A stretch of 63,408 bases of DNA, the filler included, from Chiloscyllium plagiosum (lineage: Eukaryota), in the NCBI RefSeq assembly GCF_004010195.1. It is 3 parts of one record of this genome, joined end to end, with 100 filler letters (N's around TTAATTAATTAA, not from the genome) between each part and the next. Parts side by side here need not be neighbours in the genome. Positions count along the whole stretch, not along the records: positions 1 to 29,973 come from NC_057714.1; positions 30,074 to 57,049 come from NC_057714.1; 1 more part is not named here. One strand, 5' to 3'. The notes below the pieces were generated by a model. It did not search any database and had not been told where the DNA came from. It was given only the letters and a program-made list of their open reading frames with translations. The translations under genes and the position numbers were made by a program. Below, in pieces: positions 24,236 through 36,469 of this stretch (position 1 is the first letter of the stretch; the number at the start of each line of letters is the position of its first letter).

Positions 24236-24864
24236 GAAGTTTATTTCCAAACATGAGTATCCCGACCCGCTGTGTTAAAATTGCAGTTCCAATATTCCTC
24301 TCTGCAAATGAGAATGTTGATTGTGCAAAAAACCCAACAGTGAAAGCAAAGCAGCTACCTGGCAACTTCGTGTTGTCAGAGTGTGTTACTGCTCTGGAGG
24401 CTGTCCAGCCTCTCTTCACATGGGACCACATCTCCTCAAGGTTTCTCCACGGTCAGTGGCCATGCCCTTCATCGACCCTTCATCCACATCATTCGGCATC
24501 TAATTCATACACTCGGTCTCAGCCGAACACAGCCATGATATTTCGGAGATGAGGGAAAGCCAGGACTTGCATGCGCCTGGAAGGTCACTTTGCACTGAGG
24601 GGGAGCCAGACATCTTGTGTATCCAGGGAATTTGTGTGTTGGCATGGAGGCAGGAATTTTCTGTGTTTTCGCCTGCTTTTTAGTACACAAGGTATTTAGC
24701 ACTGAGTTAGAGGCAGGAAACTTCTGTGGTTTCACTTGCTTTTGAGGCAAGCAGCTTGTGGCAATGGGGGGAACTGAAAAGGAAATGTGTCAGTCAGAGA
24801 GGGGGTGGACATACTGCTGTATGGCACATTGCCATGTCAACATGAAAGCTGCAGCTCATTGGAA

Positions 24865-25222
24865 CATAAAAGATTCTTAGAGGACTTGACAGGGTAGATG
24901 CTGAAAGATTATTTCCCTTATGAGAGAGTCTAGGACCAGAGGCCATAATGTCAGTATAAATGGTTGCCTATTAAAGATTGAGATGAAGAGAAATTTTTCC
25001 TCTCGGAGTAATCTGTGGCATTCCTGTGCAGAGAGCTATCGAGTCTGGCTCATTAAGTATATTCGAGGCTGAGACAGGTTTTTAATCAGGAGGGGAAATC
25101 AAGGAATACAGGGAAAAGGCAGGAAAGTGAAGGTGAGGATTATCAAATGAGACGTGGTCACACTGAATGGTTCAGCAAACTCGATGAGCTGCATGACCTA
25201 ATTCTGCTCCTTTCTCTCATGC
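24865..25222 (+). mobile_element. Old CR1 3' end
   Basis: ggacttgacagggtagatgctg, gagtctaggaccaga, tattcgaggctgag. Confidence 0.7.
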
Positions 25223-25643
25223 CCTGACAGGGCACTCACACCACATTTGCTTGATGAGAATGGCTGGAGCAAGTCTAAGGTGGACTCCAGCAACTCATAC
25301 AGTAATATAGTTTGACGGCCCTTCAGTCCATTATGTCTGTAGCCCCAGTCATTAGCACCGATTTACTGCTGACCCATTTTCTGGCACTTGACCTGAATCT
25401 TGAATGCTGTGGTGCTTCAAGTGATCATCTGAATGATTCTTAAATGTTGTGATGGTTAATCCAATATGAGTCTAGGGATTGGGCCATGGTCAGTCCTTGA
25501 GGTCCAGTAGAAGTATTCTGGAAATACTCATACTGCACATAGGTCAGTGGCAATACTATTGAGAGATCAGTCACTGCCAAATCAGTCTGGATGCCATGGT
25601 TAGCCAGGGTCAGTCATGGGCCTTTGGTTGTTAATAGTCAGCA

Positions 25644-26143
25644 NNNNNNNNNNNNNNNNNNNNNNNNNNNNNNNNNNNNNNNNNNNNNNNNNNNNNNNNN
25701 NNNNNNNNNNNNNNNNNNNNNNNNNNNNNNNNNNNNNNNNNNNNNNNNNNNNNNNNNNNNNNNNNNNNNNNNNNNNNNNNNNNNNNNNNNNNNNNNNNNN
25801 NNNNNNNNNNNNNNNNNNNNNNNNNNNNNNNNNNNNNNNNNNNNNNNNNNNNNNNNNNNNNNNNNNNNNNNNNNNNNNNNNNNNNNNNNNNNNNNNNNNN
25901 NNNNNNNNNNNNNNNNNNNNNNNNNNNNNNNNNNNNNNNNNNNNNNNNNNNNNNNNNNNNNNNNNNNNNNNNNNNNNNNNNNNNNNNNNNNNNNNNNNNN
26001 NNNNNNNNNNNNNNNNNNNNNNNNNNNNNNNNNNNNNNNNNNNNNNNNNNNNNNNNNNNNNNNNNNNNNNNNNNNNNNNNNNNNNNNNNNNNNNNNNNNN
26101 NNNNNNNNNNNNNNNNNNNNNNNNNNNNNNNNNNNNNNNNNNN
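25644..26143. other. Assembly gap (500 N)
   Basis: N run. Confidence 1.
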
Positions 26144-26365
26144 TGATGATGAGCTCCTTGTGAAGCCTCGTTGCTGCTGCACCATGTGAGGACATAGCAT
26201 TCAGTTTTTTGTTAAGGATGTGAGAATTCAGTCATTCCTTCAATAACACCCTGTCATCACTCTGACTTCCCAACAGATTAGCTGCGATTGGAGCTGGAAT
26301 GCCAGAAACCAGGCTTGCTGTTTGTGTGACCTTGCTCTTCCTGAAAAATGACAGCAGCTGCTGCA

Positions 26366-26384
26366 CGGCCTCTAGAGGGAGAAT
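26366..26384 (+). promoter_or_regulatory. Candidate CTCF site
   Basis: CGGCCTCTAGAGGGAGA. Confidence 0.3.
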
Positions 26385-26480
26385 TAATAGGACAAGGTTC
26401 ACCAAGGGAGCACAGAGGAATGGTGAGGATCAGGATTTATACACTTCAGTACTGTTACCCGCAAATGTCAGAATAGCCGT

Positions 26481-27188
26481 TGTTATGAAGATATGGGTGT
26501 ACTGTACCTTAAAGAGAGTTAGAAGCTAGCAGAACAACCTGACAGCACCAAGTGTTGTCAATAAGGTAGCAATGTATCACTCGGTCGAAAGCTAGATTAG
26601 CTGGGTTGCCAGGAAATGACAAAACAGATTCAAATTCGGCCAATCAGTTTAAGTTATACCCCCAAAAATACCAAATTCCAATCAACTTTGAATTTAAAAT
26701 ATTGACAATTTTAAAAGCCAATGACATAATGCAATACTTTGGGAGTATAAGACTGGGGAAAATTGAACAGTTGGGAGGAAAACTGCCAAGCCACCGGCAT
26801 GTAAAAAGACTGGTTGAAAAATAGCTCTCTTAAAGCTACCTTTATTGATCAGTAACCTGTAAAGCAAAATCCCCAAGAAGAAGAAAAGAAGACAGGAATA
26901 CAGAGAAAACTGAAAGCTTCCCAGTTTTGAGATAAGAAGTTTGGTTTTGTAAATCATAACAGGGGTTTTTTATCGGACTAATATTAGTGAAGGTAAAAGA
27001 TAGGTAAGAGGAAGGAGTTGTAAATAGTTGTTAGCTGATTATTCTCTGTTATAATTTCAGAAACAAAGTTGTTACTCTTTCTTTAAATAGTTCTTGGCCT
27101 CTTGGATTTTCATAGATTACTGCATGGGATAAATCTTTTCTGTGTTGCTGGTTTAAATTCAGCAGGAGGGTTTACCCGTGTCATAACA
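26481..27188 (+). mobile_element. 5' LTR of a Gypsy (Gmr1/SCAN-type) element
   Basis: TG...CA ends with an 8-bp inverted repeat (tgttatga/tcataaca), immediately followed by a tRNA-Pro PBS. Confidence 0.85.
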
Positions 27189-27191
27189 GTT

Positions 27192-27217
27192 TGGGGGCTC
27201 TTCACTGGGATTTGAAC
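27192..27217 (+). other. Primer-binding site complementary to tRNA-Pro
   Basis: TGGGGGCTCttCactGGGATTTGAAC versus the tRNA-Pro 3' complement TGGGGGCTCGTCCGGGATTTGAAC. Confidence 0.8.
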
Positions 27218-27231
27218 AGTTTGGGGGCTTT

Positions 27232-28734
27232 TAGAGTCATGGAGTCATAGAGATGTACAGCATGGAAACAGACCCTTCGGTCCAACCCGTCCATGCCGAC
27301 CAGATATCCCAACCCAATCTAGTTCCACCTGCCAGCACCCAGCCCATATCCCTCCAAACCCTTCCTATTCATATACCCATCCAAATGCCTCTTAAATGTT
27401 GCAATTGTACCAGCCTCCACCACATCCTCTGGCAGCTCATTCCATACATGTACCACCCTCTATGTGAAAATGTTGCCCCGTAGGTCTCTTTTATATTTAG
27501 CCCTTCTCACCCTAAACCTATGCCCTCTAGTTCTGAACTACCCCATCCCAGGAAAAAGACTGTCTATTTATCCTATCCATGCCCCTCATAATTTTGTAAA
27601 CCTCTATAAGGTCACCCCTCAGCCTCCGACGCTCCAGGGAAAGCAGCCCCAGCCTGTTCAGCCTCTCCCTGTAGCTCAGATCCTCCAACCCCGGCAACAA
27701 CTTTTCTGAACCCTTTCAAGTTTCACAACATCTTTCCGATAGGAAGAAGACCAGAATTGCACGCAATATTCCAAAAGTAGCGTAATCAATGTCCTGTACA
27801 GCCTCAACATGACCTCCCAACTCCTGTACTCAATACTCTGACCAATAAAGGAAAGCATACCAAATGCCTTTTTCACTATCCTATCTACCTGTGACTCCAC
27901 TTTCAAGGAGCTATGAACCTGCACTCCAAGGTCTCTTTGNNNNNNNNNNNNNNNNNNNNNNNNNNNNNNNNNNNNNNNNNNNNNNNNNNNNNNNNNNNNN
28001 NNNNNNNNNNNNNNNNNNNNNNNNNNNNNNNNNNNNNNNNNNNNNNNNNNNNNNNNNNNNNNGTATTCCATGAGATCTAACCTTGCTAATCAGTCTCCCA
28101 TGGGGAACCTTATCGAACGCCTTACTGAAGTCCATATAGATCACGTCTACTGCTCTGCCCTCATCAATCTTCTTTGTTACTTCTTTAAAAAACTCAATCG
28201 AGTTTGTGAGACATGGTTTCCCACGCACAAAGCCATGTTGACTATCCCGAATCAGTCCTTGCCTTTCCAAATACATGTACACCCTGTCACTCAGGACTCC
28301 CTCCAACAACTTGCCCACCACCGAGGTCAGGCTCACCGGTCTATAGTTCCCTGGCTTGTCTTTACCGCTCTTCTTAAACAGTGGCGCCACGTTTGCCAAC
28401 CTCCAGTCTTCCGGCACCTCACCTGTGACTATCGATGATACAAATATCTCAGCAAGAGGCCCAGCAAGAGTTCTCGGGTACACCTGATCAAGTCCTGGGG
28501 ATTTATCCACCTTTAACCGTTTCAAGACATCCAGCACTTCCTCCTCTGTAATCTGGACATTTTGCAAGGTGTCACCATCTATTTCCCTACAGTCTATATC
28601 TTCCATATCCTTTTCCACAGTAAATACTGATGCAAAACATTCATTTAGTATCTCCCCCATTTTCTGTGGCTCCACACAAAGACCACCTTGCTAATCTTTG
28701 AGGGGCCTATTCTCTCCTTAGTTACCCTTTTGTC
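27232..28734 (-). mobile_element. CR1 LINE (contains a gap) inserted in the Gypsy leader
   Basis: ORF 27911-28675 has VPEDWRLANV, NYRPVSLTSVVGK and DFSKAFDKVPH. 3' tail at 27232. N gap at 27940-28062. Confidence 0.95.
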
Positions 28735-28931
28735 AGCGATTTGAACAGTTTGTGGTCTTGAATTTGGGATTTGAACTGGTTTAGACAGATTTGAATAGAT
28801 TTGGGGGTACGAAAAATCCCAGCAGATTTAAACACTTGTAGGTTAGTGTCCTAGATCTTTAAATAAAATGCAAGTGAGGCAATTTGTTTAATTTCAGTGA
28901 TGTGTGGTTGATTAAATTAAAAGTGAGAGAA

Positions 28932-29713
28932 ATGGCTCTGAAAATTGCTGAAGAGGTTCTCGGATTTGAAGATGATTCGCAAATTTGCTAAGAAGGTTTA
29001 GAAGGCAAGAAAAAGGCCATACTTTAGAATTAGCAAATAAGTTTGGCTTGGATTTAACCAAGGACAAAAGTAAAGCTGAAATTGTAAGGGAATTACTCGA
29101 ACACTTAGGAGGGTCAGAGAAACAGACAAGTGCAGTAGGGGTAGGAAAACTTAAATTACAATTGAAGAAAATGGAGTTAGAAGATAAACAAAGGGGGAGA
29201 GAGAGAGAGAAGGTTCTTGGCTGAGCAAAAAGAGAGAGAATTTGAACTTGGGAAGTTGTGACTTCGTCAACAAAGTCAAGTTAACAGGATTTAAATTAAA
29301 AAAGAAGGTAGTGATATATATAAATATGTCAAAACTCTGCCACATTTTGATGAGAAAGATGTTGAAGCCTTCTTTATTTCATTTAAAAAATTGGCAAGGC
29401 AGATGGAGTGGTCCGAGGATTTATGGGTAATGCTAGTTCAGACTAAACTGGTCGGCAGAGCTACCAGTGAGGTATTTGACACACTGTCAGATGAGGGGGT
29501 CCAGAGATTATGAGGAGGCTATTTTAAGTGTTTATGAATTGGTATCGGAAGCATATAGACAGCAGTTCAGAAACACAAAGAAGGAACCAGGTCAGACTTG
29601 TGCTGAATTTGAAAGAAATAAACATAGTCATTTTGATCGATGGGTGTGTGCTTTGAAAATCGATAGGACCTTTGAGGCTCTAAGAGAGATTATTCTGGTG
29701 GAAGAGTTTAAAA
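28932..29713 (+). pseudogene. Gypsy gag with SCAN-like capsid domain, frameshifted
   Basis: ATG at 28932. LELANKFGL, LPHFDEKDVEA..F.KLA..MEW, QTKLVGRA, AILSVYELVSEAYRQQFR, FDRW, LREIILVEEFK. Confidence 0.85.
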
Positions 29714-29714
29714 C

Positions 29715-29972
29715 AGCACGACAGGGAATACTTGCGGACACAGAGATGGGCTCAAGTGTGTATACTTCAACGCAAGGAGTATCAGAAATAAGGTGAGTGA
29801 ACTTAAGGCGTGGATCGGTACCTGGGACTACAATGTTATGGCCATCACGGAAACGTGGATAGAAGAGGGACAGGAATGGTTGTTGGAGGTTCCTGGTTAC
29901 AGATGTTTCAGTAAGATTAGGGAGGGTGGTAAAAAAGGAGGGGGGGTGGCGTTGCTAATTAGAAATGGTATA
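29715..29972 (+). mobile_element. CR1 endonuclease N-terminal fragment
   Basis: ELKAWIGTWDYNVMAITETW...GGGVALLI. Ends at a gap. Confidence 0.9.
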
Positions 29973-29973
29973 A

Positions 29974-30072
29974 NNNNNNNNNNNNNNNNNNNNNNNNNNN
30001 NNNNNNNNNNNNNNNNNTTAATTAATTAANNNNNNNNNNNNNNNNNNNNNNNNNNNNNNNNNNNNNNNNNNN
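29974..30072. other. Scaffold gap with TTAATTAATTAA linker
   Basis: 12-mer at 30018-30029 embedded in Ns. Identical to the one at 57094-57105. Confidence 0.9.
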
Positions 30073-30480
30073 NGTAAACTATCGCAGTGAAAATTCAAAA
30101 CTCACACAGAGGGACTTACTAACACAGTGACGTGGAGAAAACGTGGCCGACAAGATTGGGCAGAATGCCAAGATAATCTTAGCAGATAGCAAGTGAAAAA
30201 TAATAACCAGGGAATAGTTAGGAGTCGATAGAAACCAATGGGGCAGTCTGTGTGTAAAGCCGGAGAACGTTGATAGATTGTTACATGAGCGCTTCACATC
30301 TGTGGCACTTGGGACAAGGAGGACGCAGGTATAGAATTCTAGAAGATGGACTGTAAAGCTGTGAAGGAGATTGATTAAAACGGTGAACGGTGTTTGGGGG
30401 CTTTGGTTGAAATAAAATTGGATCGATTGCCAGATCGGGATGAGTTGTATCTCAGGTTCTTATATGACGGACATGCAGAC
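30073..30480 (+). mobile_element. Degenerate CR1 ORF2 linker region
   Basis: Homologous to about 1830-2200 (ggcagtctgtgtgt, cttcacatctgt, gatgagttgtatctcagg). Confidence 0.55.
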
Positions 30481-30850
30481 AGAGATCGGCGAAGGGGCGG
30501 GGTTAGGCGTGGTGATGGAACTCGCCAGGGGGGCGGGGTTAGGCGTGGAGATCGGCGTGGAGGCGGAGACACATGCGGCGTTGTGGGCGTGTAGGTTAGT
30601 GACGTCAATGGGGGCGGCCGATGGAAGATTCTGGAACAGTTGAGGAATCCGGAGTGTGGGGGTAAGTACATGAAAGTTTTTGGTACTTACTGTCTTTGAT
30701 TTCCGATATGGCCAGGAAGAACTGTTTGTTTAGTTTATGGATCCTTCTGTGGATGAAGAACAGTAGAGGTCCTTTGCAGGTCTGTGAGAGTGTTGTCCTG
30801 AGCTGGGGCAGGTCTAATTGCAGGGAATGTAGGTAGCGGCGCATGGCTGT
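30480..30850 (-). mobile_element. Penelope ORF N-terminal fragment
   Basis: AMRRYLHSLQLDLPQLRTTLSQTCKGPLLFFIHRRIHKLNK resembles shark Penelope N-termini as I recall them, followed by a Pro/Ser-rich repeat. Confidence 0.5.
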
Positions 30851-31547
30851 AATGACAGGTGTAATGACAAATCAATGTGCAACATCGATTTTATCTAAGT
30901 AAAATTTGGCTGGCTGTCATGTCATTGTCAGAGTGTGCATTGGACACCTGTCAGAGTACAAACATTCAACATTTTCAAATGGCAACTAGGGACTTATGTA
31001 GAGTAGTTGTTGCCTTGATCACATGAACAACTAGCTATATCACTGCAAATGTAGACAAATACTTACAACTAGTTCAGCTGTGCCTTTACTGCAGGGAATA
31101 AATTAGAAAGAAGTGACTTCAATATCTGTAGAGTACAGAATGACTATCAGTTTCAGAGGTTCATCACCTCTCAGAAAGAGAAATAAATCAGAGACATCAG
31201 TTACAATGGCAACAATGTTTACGATGCGAAAGAACATCACTCTAGGAGTGAGTAAATACCAGTGGAACACCTAACGACAATCTGCTGATTTACCACTAAA
31301 AGGCCTGATTTAAAGAGTATGCATGTAAAGCACGTGCAGAGACTGATAACCATGTAATAGTCTAGAGTTCACACCATGTTTGTTTATGAATGACAATTTT
31401 CTCTGTGATCATGTATATTAGGTAACTAGCTTAACTTTTAACAGGAAATGACAGTACTTTTTTATTTGATTTCTTTGTAAAAGGAAGCTTGTTCGGAGAA
31501 ATACAATTGTACCCTTAGGGTACTGGTTTACTTGCCGTGGTTATGTT

Positions 31548-31672
31548 ACCTTTATTCCTGATGACGAGCTTTTGCCCGAAACGGCGATTTTACTGCTCCT
31601 TGGATGCTGCCTGAACTGCTATGCTCTTCCAGAATCTGGTTTCCAGCATCTGCAGTCATTGTTTTTACCTAA
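31548..31672 (+). mobile_element. Solo Penelope terminal fragment with mutated hammerhead core
   Basis: ctgatgacgagcttttgcccgaaacggc, same family as 11193-11658. Confidence 0.8.
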
Positions 31673-32284
31673 CCTCTACCTTAGCTGAGTGCCTTTAAGT
31701 GCAGTCTGTGAGAGCCATTAAACACACACTTGAAACAAAGGTTGAGGGAAGTTTGATGGAAGTTACAAGACTACGTCAGACTTCCTGTAAAGTAGACAGA
31801 GAAAAGTTGATTGCACATGGATGAGGGACCACAGGTTTAAGATTTTGAGAAGAGATACAAGGGGGATGTGAGGAAAACTTTTGTTTTAATTTAATGTGTG
31901 GAAACAATCTGAAACCTGATATCTTACAAGAATGAGAAGGTGAAGGAAATTGGGCCTTATGGAAAAGAAACTTTCAGGGCTACAGTGAAACAACAGTGGA
32001 AAGGACTGGCTAATTGTTCTATAGTGTGCTTGCTTAGGCTCAATGGGTCCAGTGGTCTCCTTATCTGCCATAATGATTCATCAATTTTATGAAATTATCC
32101 AAATAATGCAGGAGACATCATCTGGATACCTTTAAATACTAGAATGTTTAAGTAAATTATTGCTCTCTGGAGCTTTCCTAGGGGAACATATTACCTTAAG
32201 CTTTCTTCTTCCTACAGTTATTTATAATAACACTTTTAACTAAAGCTCTACAATAACTTGTCAAGATATAAGCTTCTTAGAACT

Positions 32285-34430
32285 AGTCATAGAGCATAGA
32301 AGAGGTCTTTCAGCATGTGGAGTCTGTACCAGCCTACCTACACTAATCCTACTTTCCAACACTTGGCTCATGGCCTTCAATTTTATGACATTTCAGGTGT
32401 TCATCCACATACACTTTAAAGGTCATGAGGTTTCCTGCCTCTCAGGGTCTCCTAGGCATAGCCTTCCATATTCCTACCACCAGAGATGCAAAGAATTTCC
32501 TCAAATTCCCTCGAAGATCCTGCCTTTCACATTATGATTATGTCCACTTGTTACTGACCCTTCAACCAAGGAGAACAGCTGCTTTCTATCCACCCTGCCC
32601 ATTTCTCTCATCATTTTACACACCTCACTCAGGTTCCTCCCTCAACTTTCTCTGCTTCAAAGAGAGCAACACAAGCATATCTAACCTCTCTTCATAGCTC
32701 AAATGCTCCAGCCCAGGCAACATCCTGGTGAATCTCCTTTGCACCCTCTCCAGTGCAATCACATTGTTCCTATAGTGTGGTGACCAGAGCTACACACAGT
32801 ATACTATCTGTGGTCTAACCAAAGTGATGAACAGCTCCAACAAAGCCTTCTCACTCCTGTATCTATGCTACAACCTATAAAGACAAGTGTACTATTTTCC
32901 CTCTTAACTCTCCTAATAACCTGTTCTGCCACCTTCATGGATCAGTGGACAAGCACCCCAAGATCCATATGCTCCTGTGAGCTTCCTGGTATCATTTATT
33001 GACTATTCTCTTGTTTTGTTCCTTCTTCCAAAGAGCATGTCCTCACGGCTAAATTCTATCTTCCACTGATCTACCTTTCTAACAATCCATTAATAACCTC
33101 CTGTAACTTAATGCCTCCTTCTTCACTATTAACCACCTGGCCAATCTTCGTGCCATCTGCAAACTTATTTACCATCAGCCCCCACATTCTCATTTACATT
33201 GTTTATATGTATCATGAACAATAAGGCACCTAGCACTAATCCCTGTGGTATCCACTGGGCCTTCAGTTACACATAAAGCCTGTTACCACTATCTTCTCTC
33301 TTACCACTAAGCCAATTTTGTATCCAACTTGCCAGGTTGCTCTGGATCCCATGTGCTTTTACCTTCTTTCTCATTGTCTCATGTGGGATCTTGTCCAAGG
33401 CTTTACAGAAATCTACATAAACTACATCAACTGTATTGCCTCATACACACTAGATCATCTTCTCAAAACAGTCCATCAAATTTGTTAGGTATGACCTCTC
33501 CCTGGCAAAGTCATGCTGACTATCCTTGATCAAACTTTGCCTCTCCACATGGAGATTAATTCTTTCCTCCAGAATTTTCTCCAGTATTTTCCCTTCCACT
33601 GATGTGAGACTCACTGGTCTGTAATTGCCTGACTTATCTCTGCCACCCTTCTTCTAAAGTGGAGCCATATTAGTTGTCCTCCAGTCCTCTCACAACTCCC
33701 CTGTGGCCAGAGTCAAATTAAAAATTTGTAATTTTCTACCTCATCTCCTACTCTATACTGTCTATGGTTAAGCATGCCAAAACCTCCAATACCTCTTCAT
33801 TCGCTATCTCTGTCTGCTCACGAATATCACAGTGTCTCTCTCCCCAAATTCCACATCTACATATTTCTTCTTCCCAATGAACCCTAACAATGTCCTCTAA
33901 CTCCATGAACAGATTCCCCCTTGGTCCCTAATGGGCCTTAATCTTTCTTTGGTTATTCCTCTTCTCCACATTATATAATTATGGGATATCTTGGTACTCT
34001 TGCTAATTTTATCCACCCATGGTTTTATCATACCTCTTCTTCATTCACCTAATTGTTTCTGAGGTTTCCCCTGCACTTCTGAAACTCAAGCCCTGGTATG
34101 TTCCTTTTGCACCTGCTAAAGGCCTCTCTTTTCCTTTCTATCTTGTCCTGAATCTTCCTACATATTCAGGTTTCTCTGGACTTGTAGCTCCTACATATCA
34201 CTCCCCCCATTGCTCCGCAGTGGATTTTCCAAGTCTACTTTGATCAGATCCCACATTGCTTTAATAAAATCTGCCCTCCCCCATACAAAAACTATTTTTT
34301 GCAGACCATCTTTTTCTTTACCATAACAGACTTAAATTATACTGTGTTGTGGTTGCTATCACCAAAATACTGCCACACTGCCACCTCAACCTGACTTCAT
34401 TCCCCAGAATTAGGTCCAGCACTTCATTGA
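32285..34430 (-). mobile_element. Older CR1 LINE, endonuclease end to 3' tail
   Basis: Minus-strand remnants of EDWR, NYRPVSLTSV, QHDF, DFCKALDKIPH and KFADGTKIG. Confidence 0.8.
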
Positions 34431-35199
34431 TCCTTGAAGAACCTTCAACGTGTGGAATTTAGTAGTGTTTAGTGAATCTAATGTTTAGATTTTTGAAGGG
34501 TTAAGATCAAGTTGGATACTTCTCAGCATTTTTTGAAATGGAAAACTAAAGATCTGAAGTTGAGGAGATGTATGAATTTCACTGGAAACCTGTACTGGAG
34601 AATTCCATTGCGTTTTCCAGGTTTGTTTTTCTCAGCCAAATCATGCATTAATGTATATTCTATGTTAGGAATTCCCTTACTTGGCAATTTAGTATCTTTT
34701 CCCTTTTTGCTAAGTTTCATCGTTTTTATACTATTTGGCAAATATCCATGTCAGTAAAAGTCAAAGAACCATTCAGAGGAAAAGAGTGAAGTCCAAGATT
34801 AATCTTATAGGACCTTATTATTATTAAAATTGGCTTAAAATTGGAAAACAAAACTTAATTTAAATTTAAAGCTTTACAACAGCTAATAATAAATGTTATA
34901 GTTTAGCATGTCAGTTAAAGGAAACTTTAACGTTAATATAAGATAAAATTAAAATAAGGTTAACTGAAATGGAGAGTTTGCTGTTATTAAAGATGGAAGA
35001 ATTACTTAACTAAAGTTCCTTTATCAGGATGAATTTGTTACAGGACTGTAGCAAACATTTTAGTTATATTTTGTAAAATTGTTATCGTTGATTAGAAATC
35101 CTTCCACTGACAAATGTAACCTCTTCAGAAAGTAAGAGATCTATGACAATTATTTTCAGTGGCCAATGTCTTTTATTATTAATTCTCACAATTTATGAA

Positions 35200-35500
35200 T
35201 TATTAACAAAAAGGTGTTGTCGTTAATTGGACTAAAGCTTCCTAAAATCGCGCTGTGTTTTAAATTACATAATATATAATCGGGTCTTGTTTACACAAAT
35301 CTTTATAACCAAGCACAATTTAATCTGGATTCTGAATTTAATGCAGCTTTCCAAAGCAGGGAACATGGCAGCTTGGCCAACTTAATTATAAGAGTTTTTC
35401 CCCGTGGCTGGAAAACCTCCCTTAATTGAGTTAGAGGTAGAAAATGGCCTGTGCACAGCAGATTGTAAGTTAGGTTCATTGATGAACTAATTGACAGTTT
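35200..35500. promoter_or_regulatory. Candidate intronic enhancer or conserved non-coding element
   Basis: Repeat-free block dense in TAATT/TAATTG, with TGTTTAC (FOX), TTTATAA (posterior HOX/CDX) and TAATTGACAG (homeodomain plus TALE). Confidence 0.35.
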
Positions 35501-36469
35501 TAGCCCTGAGCCCATCGGAATATAGAAGTGTCTCAGTTGTATGGCTTTCTCTTGTACGGGAGTTGAATGGCTATGCCATGCCTCCTCAAAGCTAATAGTC
35601 CCGTCAGTAAGCCCTTTGTTATCAAGCACACTGTGTCCAATTATGGGATCTCCCATTGGGAGAACAATGAATCCCACACCTCTGATCATGTATCCCCTCC
35701 CCATGACCATTTTCTTTCCCTCACTGTCCTGAGTCCAAGGATTGACACAACACTGATTGCTGGATAAGTCCCTGAGGCACTTCTAAACAGCAGCCCCCAC
35801 AGCCTCATGCAGCACAGCAGAAATGGAGATCTGCAAGCATCAGGTTAAATTATAGCTCTCAGCAGGCTGGAGTTCCACCAGCACAGTACTAAATCCTGAG
35901 GAAAGGCAGATGCTGGCCAGTGAAGTTCAAATCCCATGGAAATGACATTGGTTCTCTGTTCTCTGTCTGATGGACAAACCTTATGTTGGGGGCATTAGGT
36001 CCAACCCCATGAGAAGCTTAAGAAGAAAATAAGGTAGACTTCCTAAATTCCTACTTGGATAGGTTACTTCACGAGGCATGAGTGTGCATCAGAAAAATCA
36101 CAAGCTATGGGCCCACAACGTTTTGATGCATGATCCTAGTCTGGAGGAAAGTTGTCCCAGGAGAAAATAGTAGTGTATATTATGTACATAATACATATGC
36201 AAGTGTCAATCATATATATGTATACAAAACATGTATATTTATTTAAATTGACAACTGGTAAAACAATATTTTGATGATAGGAAGCAGAAAATTCAGTCTG
36301 GCTGTGAACCATTGTCACATCTGACTTTTATGCCTCCAGCACTCACTGAAAAGGAATGTTTGTAAAATGCATTGATATCAAATAATTAACTTCTCCAATT
36401 ATGTTATTGTTGTTATCCTACCCACTTCTGAAATATGTAAATATGATTTAAAGCTTTTTACAATTTACT

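Noticed and set aside
25591..26200. ORFs of 176-190 aa
   Set aside because: Composed of N-gap X residues.
30018..30029. TTAATTAATTAA palindrome (also at 57094-57105)
   Set aside because: An identical 12-mer in the middle of N runs with stops in all six frames; a scaffolding linker.
30494..30550. GGGGCGGGGTTAGGCGTGG twice (GC-box or telomere-like)
   Set aside because: Lies within a probable Penelope low-complexity coding repeat and is not TTAGGG.
35303..35710. 135-aa minus-strand ORF
   Set aside because: No recognisable domain. The length is compatible with chance, and it overlaps an AT-rich motif cluster.
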